Shown: in pieces, positions 35,801 through 48,820 of the stretch
Numbering within the stretch: position 1 is the first letter of the stretch
Layout of the letters: each line of letters begins with the position of its first letter
NCBI GenBank assembly: GCA_973895155.1
Contig: OZ316894.1
Location: forward strand, 434,001 to 498,000
Source of the DNA: Marsupella aquatica
Taxonomy: Eukaryota; Plantae; Marchantiophyta
Length of the DNA stretch: 64,000 nt
Reading direction: 5' to 3'
The notes under the pieces: model-generated
Told to the model about the DNA's origin: nothing
What the model saw: only the letters and a program-made list of their open reading frames with translations
The model's database searches: none
Position numbers and translations under genes: made by a program

Positions 35801-37814
35801 GCCAGCCCGAACCTGAAGTCCCCCTTATTGCCTAATGATGTCCTACCCCTAATGATTACCTAAATACTATCGTTATGCTAATAATAGCGGCCTAAGACCC
35901 ACCTAACGCGCGTGCCGAGCGCAGTTAGACTGAATCACTCATTAACCGCCGTACCGGTGGCGTCACAATTCACACAGGAGATCTTATATTACTTTATGAC
36001 AGTAGATATAGCAGGTTCCCAGGTAAACTTTACACTCGCTGGTTAGGACCCTTCAGGGTAAACATGAAGTTCTCCAATGGCTCCGTGCAATTGGCCAACA
36101 TTACTGGAGAAATATACCCAGTTTATTCACTACAGCCGCCTCAAGAAATACTATATGGACGAAGATGAAGTTGTTCGCGAGGACGCTTCACAATTAAGTG
36201 GGGAGCTATGTGATGCCTAGCCAGGAATCACTAGGCCAATTAAATGGTAAGGAGTGTACCTTGGAAACACCTTAGTATAGTAACAAAAAGATGGAAAATA
36301 TAAACAATTAAGGGTGACTATGGAACCCGAGCCAAGGCTGGAAGTAAGGACACCGAGGGAGGGAACACGATTAGGGTTAGGGCACGCTAAGTGCCGGCGG
36401 CTATGGGTAACCAACGGGAAGGAAGACCAGGCAATGAGGGGGGTAAGGACCGATCGCAAGGAATGGTGGCTCATTTGCAAGCACGAACTGAGCAGACGAC
36501 TACGGGAGGCCAAATACTGTCAACTGCTTAGGCAAGCACTCTGGGCGGGAACAGATACCGACGATCAACTCAAGGAGGGTATGAGCAACGTCAATCAAAC
36601 GGCACATGTTTGGGGATGCCTGTTCGAACGGGCAACTGAGTACATTGGGACCTACAAAGACCAAGAATCGGAGAGAGCAGCTCGACTGTGGGAGCTGCAG
36701 AAGTCTGCCTTCTTAGGAGGAGAACTCATCAAGGCTGAATTCCTCTGGACACCTACTGGCTACGAGCTGGACGACCTTCTGTTTTGCGAGAACAGAATCA
36801 TCGGCATCCGGGAAGCCATCAACCGCTGCAACGACGTACACTGGGAGTTGAAGGGTAGCACAGAGGGGTGGATGAAGGCAACCATGCTAGGAGAAACATC
36901 CACGGCAGCCGCTATGAAGAGGAAAGGGAACAACAACGAAGAGGCCACCCCGGCAAAAAGAACGAGGTCGGCGGCACCAAGGAAGCCAGTTGAGCAGGGG
37001 AGCAAGAGGCAGGCAGAAGCCGAAGAGGAGGAGGCCGACCCCATCAATGTTGTTCCAACAAGAGATGACACCTGGAAAGGCTGGGCGGCGACCCTCTCCG
37101 AGGAAGTGCAATTACACTTTGCACGTGAAGAGGATGCATGCTTGACGGCTATGTAGACTCGGAAGTACCAGGGCTTCATGGCCGGATCCGGCTTGGAAGC
37201 CTTTGTGAAATTACCATGGCTGAAGCTGGAGGTGCCAGATTCAGACTTATTAGAATTCATGGGATCATGGGATCCCGAGACAAATTCCATAAGAGTGTAC
37301 GGGAAGGATTTCTATCTCACTCCCCGGGTGATTGCCGAAGCGTTTGGCTTGCCGATGGGCAATAAGACCAAAGTAGATACCAGGAAGACCTTGCCTGACA
37401 AGGAGTTTTGGTCATTCCCAGGGCCATCAACGAAGAATGGCTTCTTCCGGAACACCTGCACCAACCCGCACATTGGGGAGATGATCGACTTCTTGCGGGT
37501 AACCATGCATTGCAACTTGCCGAGGCCAGAGATTGGCAAGGCACAGGTTTACTTGGCGGAGAAGCCAGACCCCAAGCCGGGACTACAACGGATACCTCCT
37601 CACCCAATTGAAGAAAATCTTGAAGGAGGAACAGCAGGTGATCGGCAAGGGAAGCGTTCATTGTGTTACTCCAATCCTTTTTCTTTTTATCCCATTTCAT
37701 TCACTCTTGCTTCGACTATGTGACTCTTTTTCATTCACACTAAACTAAATTTTATAGTGTGCATGCAAGGAGAGTGTACACACACATTCCCCCTTGGTAC
37801 CCACCATTTTTTAC

Positions 37815-38305
37815 TTCACGACATCTTTGGAAAAATGACTTAGTTTTTCTGAACGACATCTTTTTACAGTTTAATTACATTACATCTTTCATTTAACGAC
37901 ATCTTGGGTACACATCAACTTTGCAGTTCACGACATTTGGGCATCACGACACCTTTTTTCTTAATGACAATCATCCTCTTTCTTAGTGACATTTTGGGTG
38001 CCAAGACATCTTTTTTCTTAAGAACGTTGTGGGAGCGACACGACATCTTATTTCTTAGCGACATCTTGGGCAACACGACAAATTTCATTTTTTCAAGACA
38101 TAAAGATATCTTGGCTGACACAATAATATATGTTTTCTTAAAACCCTAAACCCTATTTAAACATCCTTTTTTTCATGACATCTTGGGCACCAGGATACCT
38201 TGTTTCTTAATTAACAACATCTTGGGTGACATGATGTCTTTTTTCTTGTGACATATTGGGCGACATGACAACAACACATTGGGCGACACGACATCTTGTT
38301 TTCAA
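37815..38305. repeat. Dispersed array of (AC)GACATCTT-like motifs, possibly subterminal repeats of a DNA transposon
   Basis: More than ten GACATCTT/GACATTT variants in ~500 bp. Confidence 0.5.
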
Positions 38306-39560
38306 TGCTCGGGTATTGAGCTACTCTTAGTTGTAAAGCGTGAACTCCAAGCTGGAGGTGGGGTGTAGGCTTCTAGACTGAAGCCTCTAGACCGTAACTT
38401 TGAGGCCCACCAAAATGGAGAGAATGATAAGGCGCTGCCAAAATTCATGTGCATGGCAAAAAGGATGTGCATGGAGAGTTTTGAACAATGTATGTGAAAA
38501 CTATGACATGTAGCATGGTTTCCATCATCATTTCAAAGCTCACAATGACTCTTGGTAAACACAAAACTGAAAGTATGCTGGACCCAAAAATGGGGCAAAC
38601 GTACATGAAAGAGAAATAGGGTAGGATTTATTTTTTGGCATTGTTTTGTACGTTTTCATAGATCTAAGGGGGAATGAATCAAAATCTGGGGTGGGAGTAC
38701 AAAAGAGGATTGGGTGGAGGGTTTCTGATGCAGCTAAATCAAGCTTCTTGTGTGCAGCAACATAATTTATAATACAAGCAGAATCCTAACTTTATTTTTT
38801 ACAAATTATCGAATAGAGGCATAAAGAACTGTAATTGTTTGGTATATTGCTGGTGGAAAGCAAGATCGAGGGGTACTGAAAAGTCTCCCATTTTCTCCAC
38901 AAAAAGGACCTAGTCCTTGCTATAATTCCAAGAATATTCCCAAGTGACCAAAATGTGACATGGAATGGCCCAGATTTGTTTAGTACCCATCCTAAGGTCA
39001 GATTTGAATATGATTCCAAACATGCATTGAATGTAGGGCCTCGAAAGAAAAGTAGTGGCCCCAAAACCAGCTGGTCCGTGATTAAGGATGTTTGTCTCAT
39101 TAGAGCCGCTGGTTTGAGGACTCTCAAAATTCAAAATACTCACCACTTAATGGGCATCCCGGACAAATATCATTTAATGGGCCACCCGCACTTTGTGCTA
39201 AGTCAAATTAGAAGGACTGACACACAAGGACTCTTTTTGCGGTGCTTTTTTTTTAAATGCACGGTGCTCTGTACTCTAAGCCCCAAGGGATTCAAGCAAG
39301 CCTACTGTCACTGTTTTCAAATCCCATTTTCTATCAAAAGCTTGGAGGAACAAAGCCTTTGTCGATAGTTTTGTTTATCCATGAGAGGCGACAATGTTGA
39401 AGGGAGACATTTGATGAATCTTTTGAGCTGTGCCACCGCCATAGCAACTTCTGGTAACCCATGATCGATGGCAATCCTGTGTGAAGTAGAAGATGAATTA
39501 CAAAAATAGAAGAGAGAGGAAAGAAACTATTGAAGGTGCCAGAAATATTACGACAGGACT

Positions 39561-42500
39561 GTGAGGAAGCAGAAGGATGCAACAACTCAATGCAGTAGCG
39601 CAAGCAATGAGCTTGACTCTATGGACATGCTTTTTGATGCAGAGGAGCAACGTCAAGTAATCCTTGCCGAGGCAGAGCAAGAAGGTCAACAATTGCTTCT
39701 TCTCGTGAAGCAACAATGTGAAGAACTGACGACTGCTGCTACGAATGAGACACGAGAAACAACTCTGCAGACGCGTTTAGAGGTGGCTCAGCTCTCTGAT
39801 ACCATGCGCTTAAACTTACAAAAGGAATTAGTTGAAGGCAGAGAACGATTGTCTATTTTGAAAGTGAGCATAGGTAGAAGCAAAGCCCGTCTTCATACAT
39901 TGAATAGACGAGTACAGTCTTATAGCAAGCTTGGCAAGCCACAGTTTCCGGTGAATCATTTCAATAGCGCTGCAACATTCTGGACACGAGACGCAACAAG
40001 GAAAAGAGCTCGATATAGGGAGGCGCACCCGTATTGCTCATGGACGACAAGAATGTCCAACATATCTAATGATGAAGGTGATCCAGGTGATCCATGTCCT
40101 AATAGGAAGCGAAGGTGTATCAATAGTTTAATCTCTTGTGTAGTTAGGGATTTAATGGTTCAAATGAAGGATTATAATATGGCTGCTAGAAAGCTTGTCC
40201 TGGAGAGATTATGGTTGCATAGTTCGTTGAGAGATTACCAGCCTGCAGCGCTTGGTTGTGCAAAGCTTGATGCATCTGTAGCTTCTGCTGTGGGTGATCT
40301 TATTCAATCCCTACATATAGTGAAATCAGGTAGGCAAAAAGATCATCTAGCTACAAAGCAAGCATTGTTGAACGCATTGGTAGGAGAGTCAATAGTCGGG
40401 AAAAGATACCAAACTTCATTAGCCACAGCATTGGGTATTAAACGGCAAAACATCCATAGAGCAGGGGCTGTGAGAAAACAGCTAGATCAAGATCCATGTA
40501 AGAGATATACTATGGATGAAAGGAGTGACCGGATTTCTGCTGAAGTGCAGCAGATTGTCGAAGGATTTTGGGAAGCCCACACTCAAATTTCTCCCTGCAA
40601 GAAGGATGTGGCCACATTGCGACTAGCCGTGAACAAGTATGAGAACCATTCCAAGCATTGGCTTGAGGATACAGAGGTACGACTAGTTATTTCAATGCCA
40701 ATTATCTTAAAATTCTAGTATCTAAAGTGCAAGGATGGAGCTGATAAGTAGAATGTTGTCTTGTCAATGGATTTCATAATATGATTTGGCCTAAGTACAA
40801 CCTATTGGGTATTTTGTAGGTTGAGTTCTTCATGAAATCCGTGATTGGTGCACATCGGAGGGGAATGGAGTCTCAATAGGTCTCAGATCTTTCCAACAAC
40901 TAAAGCCGTATTACATTTGCACTATGAAAGATCGAATGGTTTGCTGTTGCAAACAACATGTTGAGATAGACCTGCTGAAAGAGGCACTCAACAAATTTAG
41001 GAGGCACCACCACCGAAAGGATTGTACTTGTGAATGTTGTATATGTAGATCTGAAAATGCTCCTATAGAGGGTAGTTCCTGCATAGCTTCTAAGCCCTCC
41101 ATTACATCTGTACGAGAATGGATGGAGGGAGCAGTTTGTCCCAAGCTTGAGGGGCAGGAATGGCATCAAAAGAGTTGTATTTTTGGTAGTTGTGAAATAT
41201 GTGGAGTTCATAAGTTGGTGTGGTGTGAAACGGAGCTAGACGTCACAGAGAACCTTTCTATTGATTGGGAAACCTTTCAGTATGTTGATTAGATGAGACG
41301 GCACAGAACAAGAGAGAGAAGAAGAAAGGAACTGCTGAAAGCGCACAGCAAAAGGTGAAGCGCTTGAGGCTGGTGCATAAGAGAACTACTCTTCCAGATT
41401 TCAAGTTGCAAGTATTGGATACAATGAAGACATTTCTTGTTCATAATTTCAGAGCCCGTTGGCAAGGTAATCAGTCCAAACTGTGCCTGAAAACTTTTCC
41501 AAGGGGAACTATAGTCTCTTCCATAGACTTTTCTGAGAATTATACTTTCAAGGTTCAGAATGAGATTCAAACTCAACATTGGGATAATAAGCAGATCACG
41601 TTGTTGATTCTTGTGACCTATAGATATCACGAGGATGTCCAGTCTATTGAGGCTGTTGTGGGTAGGTCTGTAGGAATGGCACAGGATGACACTGGGAATC
41701 GAGACATCATAGCTGATTATCATTTTTATATTAGTGACGACAATACCCACGACACCCTGTTTGTGCAACACTGTATGGATTCACATGCAGCATGGATGAA
41801 GGGTGAAAAAATCACATTCAATCAGCATTGGGTTTGGTCAGATGGAGCAGCTCCACAGTTTAAGGCTTGCAGGCCTTTCTATTACGTCTCGAGATACTAC
41901 AAACGACACTGTGCTAGAATGAAGTGGTTCTTCCATGCTTCAGGACATGGGAAAGGTGTTGCTGTGAGTTTCTTAACACTACCTCTAGTTTCTGACTTAA
42001 GCAACCCTAAACACTAGTATAGTGCTCTGCATACTAGTATAGTGCTATGCTCTACTATGTTGTACATTCTGAATTCACTCTTTGATAAATATATTGTAAT
42101 TCGTGTTCTGATTTTAGGATGCTCTTGGTGGTCACATTAAGAGCGGAATTGAGAAGGAGCAGCTGAAAGGGATTCATGGAGCTCGGTTGGAGAATGCAGC
42201 TGATGTAGTTGCATTTTGCAAAGACAAATTTGCTCTTGGCCAAGAGAAGGAATACGGTGATGTTCAATTGGTGAGACGCGTGTTTTGGGAAATTGACGCA
42301 CATGATGTGAATCGCAGAAAGAAATGGGATTGTGATCCAATCAAGGGAAGTAGATCCTTACATTGCTTTGATGGTTTTAGTAATCGTCTGTCAACTCTTC
42401 TGCAAGTAAGGGAGCTCTCCTACTTCTGTGCTCATTGTGTAGATGATGAACCAGCAAAATGTGAGAATGTAGAATGGGTAGGACATTTCAAACTTGAGAT

Positions 42501-42987
42501 GGTGAGAGGGATACTGCCAACTGATGTGACTGCTGACATAGACAACATTGGAGTAGGGGAAGGAGCATTTGAATGCAAGGATGGCTCGTTGGCACAACTG
42601 GTGCAACTTGGTGATTTTTACGCTGTGGAAGCTGAGCAACCCAATAAGTGGGCTGCTGATTTCTACATCCTTCAATGTGAGGAGGTGCTGCACACAATTA
42701 AAGAGGGATTTACAGACGGGTATGAGGTGGAGTTTGATACAAGCGACTTAGCATTGAAGGGAAGGTGGTTTCAACCAATTCCAAAGTCAGAAACCAAATT
42801 TGTGTTCAATGACACTGCACCCGCAAGCTATACCCATGCAAAGTCTATAGTTCATATTAGATTTGCTCTGAATCCGTGTGAGGTGGGAAGGGGTCACAAG
42901 GGTGGCAGCCGAATGTACAACTTAGACTTAGATACACTAGCAGCAATCACTACTTCCTTGATCTCGCAAGTCTTGGTTAGAACTTAA
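39561..42987 (+). pseudogene. Intron-containing DDD transposase, Sola2-like, with frameshifts and a stop
   Basis: DFSENY..Q.EIQ..HW, WSDGAAPQFK, HGKGVA^DALGG (joined over GT-AG intron 41964-42117); intron 40677-40819; Cys-rich CCCxxH region. Confidence 0.7.
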
Positions 42988-44089
42988 ATTGTGCAGACAG
43001 GGATTGGAAGGGAATTTGCTTTGAAGCGTGAGTAACCTGGCGCCTAGCAACAATTCAGGTATGGCGTCCACAAGTTACCTTTATTATACTTCTCTTTGCT
43101 TTCGTGGTGTATGTATGCTCATACAATGCTATACCTATTGCTTAAAATTGGCTTGTACTTAGAGTCAGGGGGTATGACATGCGTGACAGTAAACAGGAAA
43201 CAGGTTTACTGGTACCAGCAAAAATTTACTGTTACCAAAAAAATGACAATGTAAAAATATTTCCTAAAAAATCACATTTTCCATACCCTTTTGTACAATT
43301 ACGATGCAAGAAAGTAAAGCCGTGAAAAGCACCGAGTGCTATTTTGAATTGATCTCAGTGCTCATTCAGCAAAATGTGGACTATGTTGTCTGGTGTTCTC
43401 AATGATGGTCCATCTACCAATATTTAATCCAGAATCTGTAACAGCCCTCTCAGCTGAGCAACGCTGAAATTTGATTAAAGGAGCGTCTTTGTTTTGCATA
43501 GTTGACTTGAAAGGCCAGACTACTTTTGATCACCTTCCTTAGCAGCTTAGCCTGTATCCCTACAGAGCATGATCTTGTGGTCAAATTGATTGTGAGTGGA
43601 GAGAATTGAGAGGCAGGGGGTCACAAATAATGCCTAGCTTCAAGTCGTGCCTTCACTACTAGTGGCTGATAACTTTAGACTTGGGAGGGGAAAGGTCTGC
43701 GGTCAGTGAGGGGTGCTCAGAAAGCCCTTTACTGCCCTCAGTTCATAGATGATGAGGCTGTTACTGTAGCACAGTATGTTGATGATTCGACTGAGGAGAC
43801 TGATAGGGAGTCGAGTAGCGATCCTAGTAATTCCTCAGATGATTTGGAATCAGAGGATTCTCAATGACTCATGGTCAATTTCAGATGCAATCTCATTCCA
43901 GAAAATATTTGTCATAACAAAGCTTTATTAAAGATGGATTGTGAAAGGGTTTTTGAACTAGTTTTGTTGACAGTGATGATGTCTTTTCATTCAGTTCAGT
44001 GTTGTAAAGATCTCGAGTTTTTCAGTTGTGAATATTTCAGGATCTGCATTTCACTTTTTCATAACTGTTTCACAATATATATCGTCAAT

Positions 44090-44191
44090 CTTACTTGGGA
44101 ATCCACCTTAACTACCCTGAAGGTACCCACAAACTTGCCTCTTACTTGGGAATCCGCCTTAACTACCCTGAAGGTACCCACAAACTTGCCT
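44090..44191 (+). repeat. 51-bp tandem duplication
   Basis: CTTACTTGGGAATCC(A/G)CCTTAACTACCCTGAAGGTACCCACAAACTTGCCT twice. Confidence 0.85.
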
Positions 44192-45251
44192 AGCTAGCCT
44201 GCTGTCCTCGCTAGCAAAACTCCTGTTTGCTAGCACAATAGAATACCTCCTGTAGGAGCAGAGAAGTACATTAAAGTATGCTTACATGTGGAGCATCACT
44301 CAATTTGTGCCTCTAGTTGCTACTTCCTATCCTGTTCCATAAAAATAATGGTATGATCGAAGGCAAAGTTCTGGCAAGGCAGAGTGAAAAAGGGGGCAAC
44401 GTGGCTCTCGTCTGCCATCTTCGTGCAAATTTTGCATACCAACAATGCTATGCAAATTGTGTATACTAACTGCATTAGACTCAATTTTGGACAGTCAAGT
44501 CCATGTCATATGGTGACAACTGATTCACCCATAGTTTCTCTGGCTTCTCCTATATGGGGACACCTGATCCTATGGTTTCTCTGACTTCTCCAACTACAAT
44601 TGGGTTTTGTTATTGCATCTGTCAGTCAATGAAGATTTGGAGAAGAAAAAACATAGGGCAGTCTCCTCCAAGGAGAGACAGTTGATGCCAATCAACAGCA
44701 ATCGACTTGACAGAACTCAACAAATATGGAAGATAGAAATGTATCAGTTATACTTGCGTGTCAAGAAGTAAAATTTAATACAAAAATGTTAAATGTTCTC
44801 TTAGGGTGTCATCAGTTGATCGTTGATTGTGTCTTCAAAGTTGGCCACCAACTGTCACTCCAACACACCCCTCTCATGAAATGTGAACTATAGTCATCAC
44901 TATCTTCAGGGTTTTGAGGCCCAAATCTCAGCAAGGAATGCGGTCTTGGCATTGCCTGAGAAACAAGAAGCACCTACTTTTCAGACTAACTGAAACAGAC
45001 ACACAACACCAGAAAACAGCAGATCAACACTATCATGCCTGCCACCTAACGTATCCATGTGAAGTGCATTGGAGATTGAAAAGATCAACATCCACAAGAA
45101 GTGACCGAGTTGTAGTCATCTAGAGTAAGATCAATGGGCAAAACGAAGGGTAAACCACCCAAGATGAGTATGCTGATGAGAATTGAACACTAATTTCAGG
45201 GAAAGCAGATCACCTTCCAATGAGTTACTGATACGAGTATCAGAATCCTGT

Positions 45252-47340
45252 CTACAGCTGTGTGCCAAGCATGCGACATCGTTCGCAACCTTTCTTGCAG
45301 ACATCCTCAAGCACCTTCGATGCTGCTGTACGATCCTGCTGCATTTGTTTTGCCAGGGATCTCATCACTTGACGTTCTTCCTTACCGCCTACAGAAAAGT
45401 TATTGAGCCATCCAGCTATAAGTTTCCCGAGTTGGTACACGTCCGATCCTTTGGTGTATCTTTTCCTTTTGTCATTGTCTTCTTCCAACGTTTCCGCATC
45501 CCAACCAAATAACCATTCATCAACCCATACTTCATTGTCGGGTCCAGCAGCTTCCAAGTCTATGATCACCCATTTCCAGTGACTCTTATCATTTACCTTG
45601 ATGCAGTTGTCCCATCTTAAATCCCTGTGGGTGTAGCCTTTGCCGTGCAAGTCCGCAAGGCCGTGTAACATGTCATGCGTGGCATTTCCCAAATCCTTGC
45701 AATCCCTAGGCTGAGCGAACGGGTCACCCACAGGTTGTAGTTGCAATACTGTTCCACCCCTGGATGATCGGTTGGATACAAGTTGGATCAGGTACCTGGA
45801 ACCAGCGATTGAATCATACAGCAATTTTATCGCGGTAACCCGATCTTTCTTCAATCCTGGGATTTTCTTCGTCACGCAGTCAGGATAGATCGTCACTACA
45901 ACACCAGCTTTTTCTTTTGGCTTATACAACTGCACACGGATTTCATTATCGATGTTTTCCTGTAGTTTCTGTAGGACACAGTGCATCCGAATGGTGCTAT
46001 GTAGGAACTTGGCTACACCGGACGGCAAATTCAAGTCAAATTCGTCTGAGATTAAATCATGAACAATTTCCTTGCCTTTCGGAGAGAGCTTCAACCATTG
46101 AAACCGCCTTCCAGCGCAGCCACCACCAATCACATAAGGGAGCTTACCATAGAACAGAGGGCTCCATGCCTTTAATTTGGACCTGTTCTCATCTACAGCG
46201 TCTGCCAGAAGTGTGTCGTTTATCTTATTCTCCCATCGGAGAATGAGACAATCTTTCACAAACAGCTGAAAATCTGGTCTTAATAGCGGTTCCAGTGGTT
46301 GCGATGCTGCACTAGTAGTCGTGCGATTGGGTGAATCCTGTCTAAATTGCAAACTTAGTAATTGTTTGCTTTCTGGAGCTATGTCATTTAACAATCTGAG
46401 GAAGTGTCCAGTGAGAATACATAATTCAGTTGAGCTGGTGGCCTCGTTGTCTGGAAGGGAATGTTTCATCAATCGGAACACAGTTTCACAAAAAGTTGCC
46501 AACTGACTCGCCCCTTCGGAAGTATCAAGTACCACCAGATTAGGCTGGCCCAAGTTCTCGTTAGTTAGCTCATAGAGTACTGGGAGCTTTACTGGTGTCA
46601 GGGACAAAAACTCCTTCAGTTGATTGACACTTACGGGGAGCTCAGCAGGGGCTTCCAACAGTTTCCCAAAATAGCTACTTCTAGCAGAAATTCTTTCTTC
46701 CGAGGACAGGAATTTTGCTTTCTTTGAAGGTCGAGCTCCCTCTGCATACACATCGGTCTCTAAGTGTTGAAGAGGATGAGAAAAACAGGAAAGTCATCCA
46801 ATAATCACTCGAGCAATGAGCCCTACAAATTTGGCACGATTCCGGCAGAAATGCTTTATCGGTTCGGCAAAGCAGGAAGAGACACAGGACACCTGTTATT
46901 GCAACAGTACTTTCCAAACAAATGCCAGAGCAAGGGCGACAGCTGCTGTCCATGATACCCTTGATCACTTTTCAGCAAAGAAAACCAAGCAGCAACAGAG
47001 GGGTGCTCAAAGGAAAAAACTCAACGAAAAGACAAACCAGAACAAGAACGAGAAGATACTGACGAGAAACACATTGCTGTGAAATTCAGTTGGAATTACC
47101 ATCCGTAGAGTTTCGTTTTTGAAGCTGAATTGCCGACTCAACTGCCAGTATCAATCCGCCAGGTGCCTTTGGGAACAGGCGCTGGATTAAGTCTTCGAGG
47201 CGCTTTTCCGACATCACTAGCAACGTAGATACTCCGACGCAGTCAAGCCATAGTTTCGCAGCAACGTCTCTCAGTCGTGCTTCGTCAGGAATAGTTCTCC
47301 GAAGCAGGTTCATAATATTTTCTTCTTCACCACTCGCCAT
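45252..47340 (-). CDS. Crinkler-like protein: small helical header, restriction-endonuclease-fold domain and protein kinase (exons 47340-47100, 46759-45252; ~582 aa)
   Basis: Phase-matched G|GTAATT...TTAG intron; RPDF...WENK (PD-ExK); HRDLRWDN, IIDLE, SDVYQLG kinase motifs; RPSKKAK NLS-like. Confidence 0.75.
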
Positions 47341-47448
47341 TGGATCTTGCAGGCTGAACAATATAGTGCTTACTTCTTCTTAAGATATATGCTATGAAAC
47401 CAGGCAGAGACAAGACAGCCACAAACGCGCAAGTTATAACAAAACAAA

Positions 47449-48820
47449 GCACATACAAATGACAAGCAGAAACGAAACCCTCGGGTTGACAGAAATCGTA
47501 GCAACAGAGGAAGCGACAGAGGAACGAGCACACACAAGGATGAAAACTACGGTACAAGGCCGTGAAACTCACCATCCACCAAACCCTGGATCACCGAAAA
47601 CCCAGTCCAAATCCTGCAACCGCACGATGTAAGGCCTTTTGATCCGCAGCGTATCATGACAATCAATTAAACATGCAACGATTCACCACCTCAAAATTTC
47701 CAAACCCTACTGCTAGCGAATCCGCCTCACTTCACTACTTCAGCCTATGCCGAACAGACCAGTGTACCGAATGCTCGGACTCTTTATGCAGACGGCCTCC
47801 TCTCCTCTCCTCGGTCGGCAGACAAGGAGTTGATCCGTTCCGTTCTAGGCGCAACGGGTTCAGATCTCAGGTTTCTCGACGCAACTGAGCTTCCCGCCCC
47901 GACAGAGAGCTTCTCTCCCGAAAACGATCACCGTGTGTAGCTTTTGTGGGACCCAAAGCCATATCTATTCATCCATCTATTCTTGCAACCGTCGTATTTG
48001 AAACTACTACTGAATACCTGTGTTCTATCCATCTATCCTATTCCTGCATATATCTTCTTTAACCTACTGCCGAATACCTGGGTTCTGTCCATCCATATAT
48101 TCGTGCATCTATTGTATTTGAACCTACTACTGAATACATAGGTTTTTGTCAAGCTTTTGTGTCAAGAAAAACATCTTACTTATTTACTTATTTCACCTGA
48201 AATTAATAGTATTTGAGACCTCCCAATGTTATCCGTTGCCGACCTGTTGTGCCTTGTGTAAAACCCCCGGGTCTATATATTTGAGAACCCCTAATGTATA
48301 TGTTTATGGTCCTTCCTTACTCCTTAATGATGTATTATTGGTGGCACATACAAATGACAAGCAGAAACGAAACCCTCGGGTTGACAGAAATCGTAGCAAC
48401 AGAGGAAGCGACAGAGGAAAGAGCACCACAAGGATGAAAACTACGGTACAAGGCCGTGAAACTCACCATCCACCAAACCCTGGATCACCGAAAACCCAGT
48501 CCAAATCCTGCAAACGCACGATGTAAGGCCATTTGATCCGCAGTGTATCATGACAATCAATTAAACATGCAACGATTCACCACCTCGAAATTTCCAAACC
48601 AGACTGCTAGCGAATCCGCCTCACTTCAGTCTATGCCGAACAGACCAGTATACCGAATGCTCGGACTCTTTATGCCGACGGCCTCCTCGGTCGGCAGACA
48701 AGGAGTTGATCCCGTTCCCGACCAGTTGTGCCTTGTGTAAACCCCCGGGCCTATATTTGAGACCCCCTAATGTATATGTTTATGGTCCTACCTTACTCCT
48801 TAATGAGGTATTGGTATTGG
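47449..48820. repeat. Local segmental duplications: X (47449-47835 ~ 48344-48712) and Y (48231-48341 ~ 48709-48820)
   Basis: Near-identical direct repeats visible in sequence. Confidence 0.85.

Larger units (their letters stand above)
27836..35967 (-). mobile_element. Cassette B2: ~4.0-kb solo-LTR-like element (net of nested C)
   Basis: TG...CA ends matching B1; TSD ATTCA at 27831-27835 and 35968-35972. Confidence 0.88.
25503..37657 (+). mobile_element. pol: Gypsy A2: decayed RT-RNaseH-IN (25503-27835 and 35973-36208) with truncated 3' LTR (36209-~37657), interrupted by B2
   Basis: High similarity to A1; frameshift ~25808, stop ~26199, short deletion ~26766; integrase resumes after the ATTCA TSD; PPT then TGTGATG at 36209. 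Confidence 0.88.

Noticed and set aside
515-37750. Many short antisense and overlapping ORFs in the track
   Set aside because: Shadows of the long retroelement ORFs with no independent motifs
43560-43870. Possible acidic terminal exon downstream of the transposase
   Set aside because: No reliable splice model or recognisable domain
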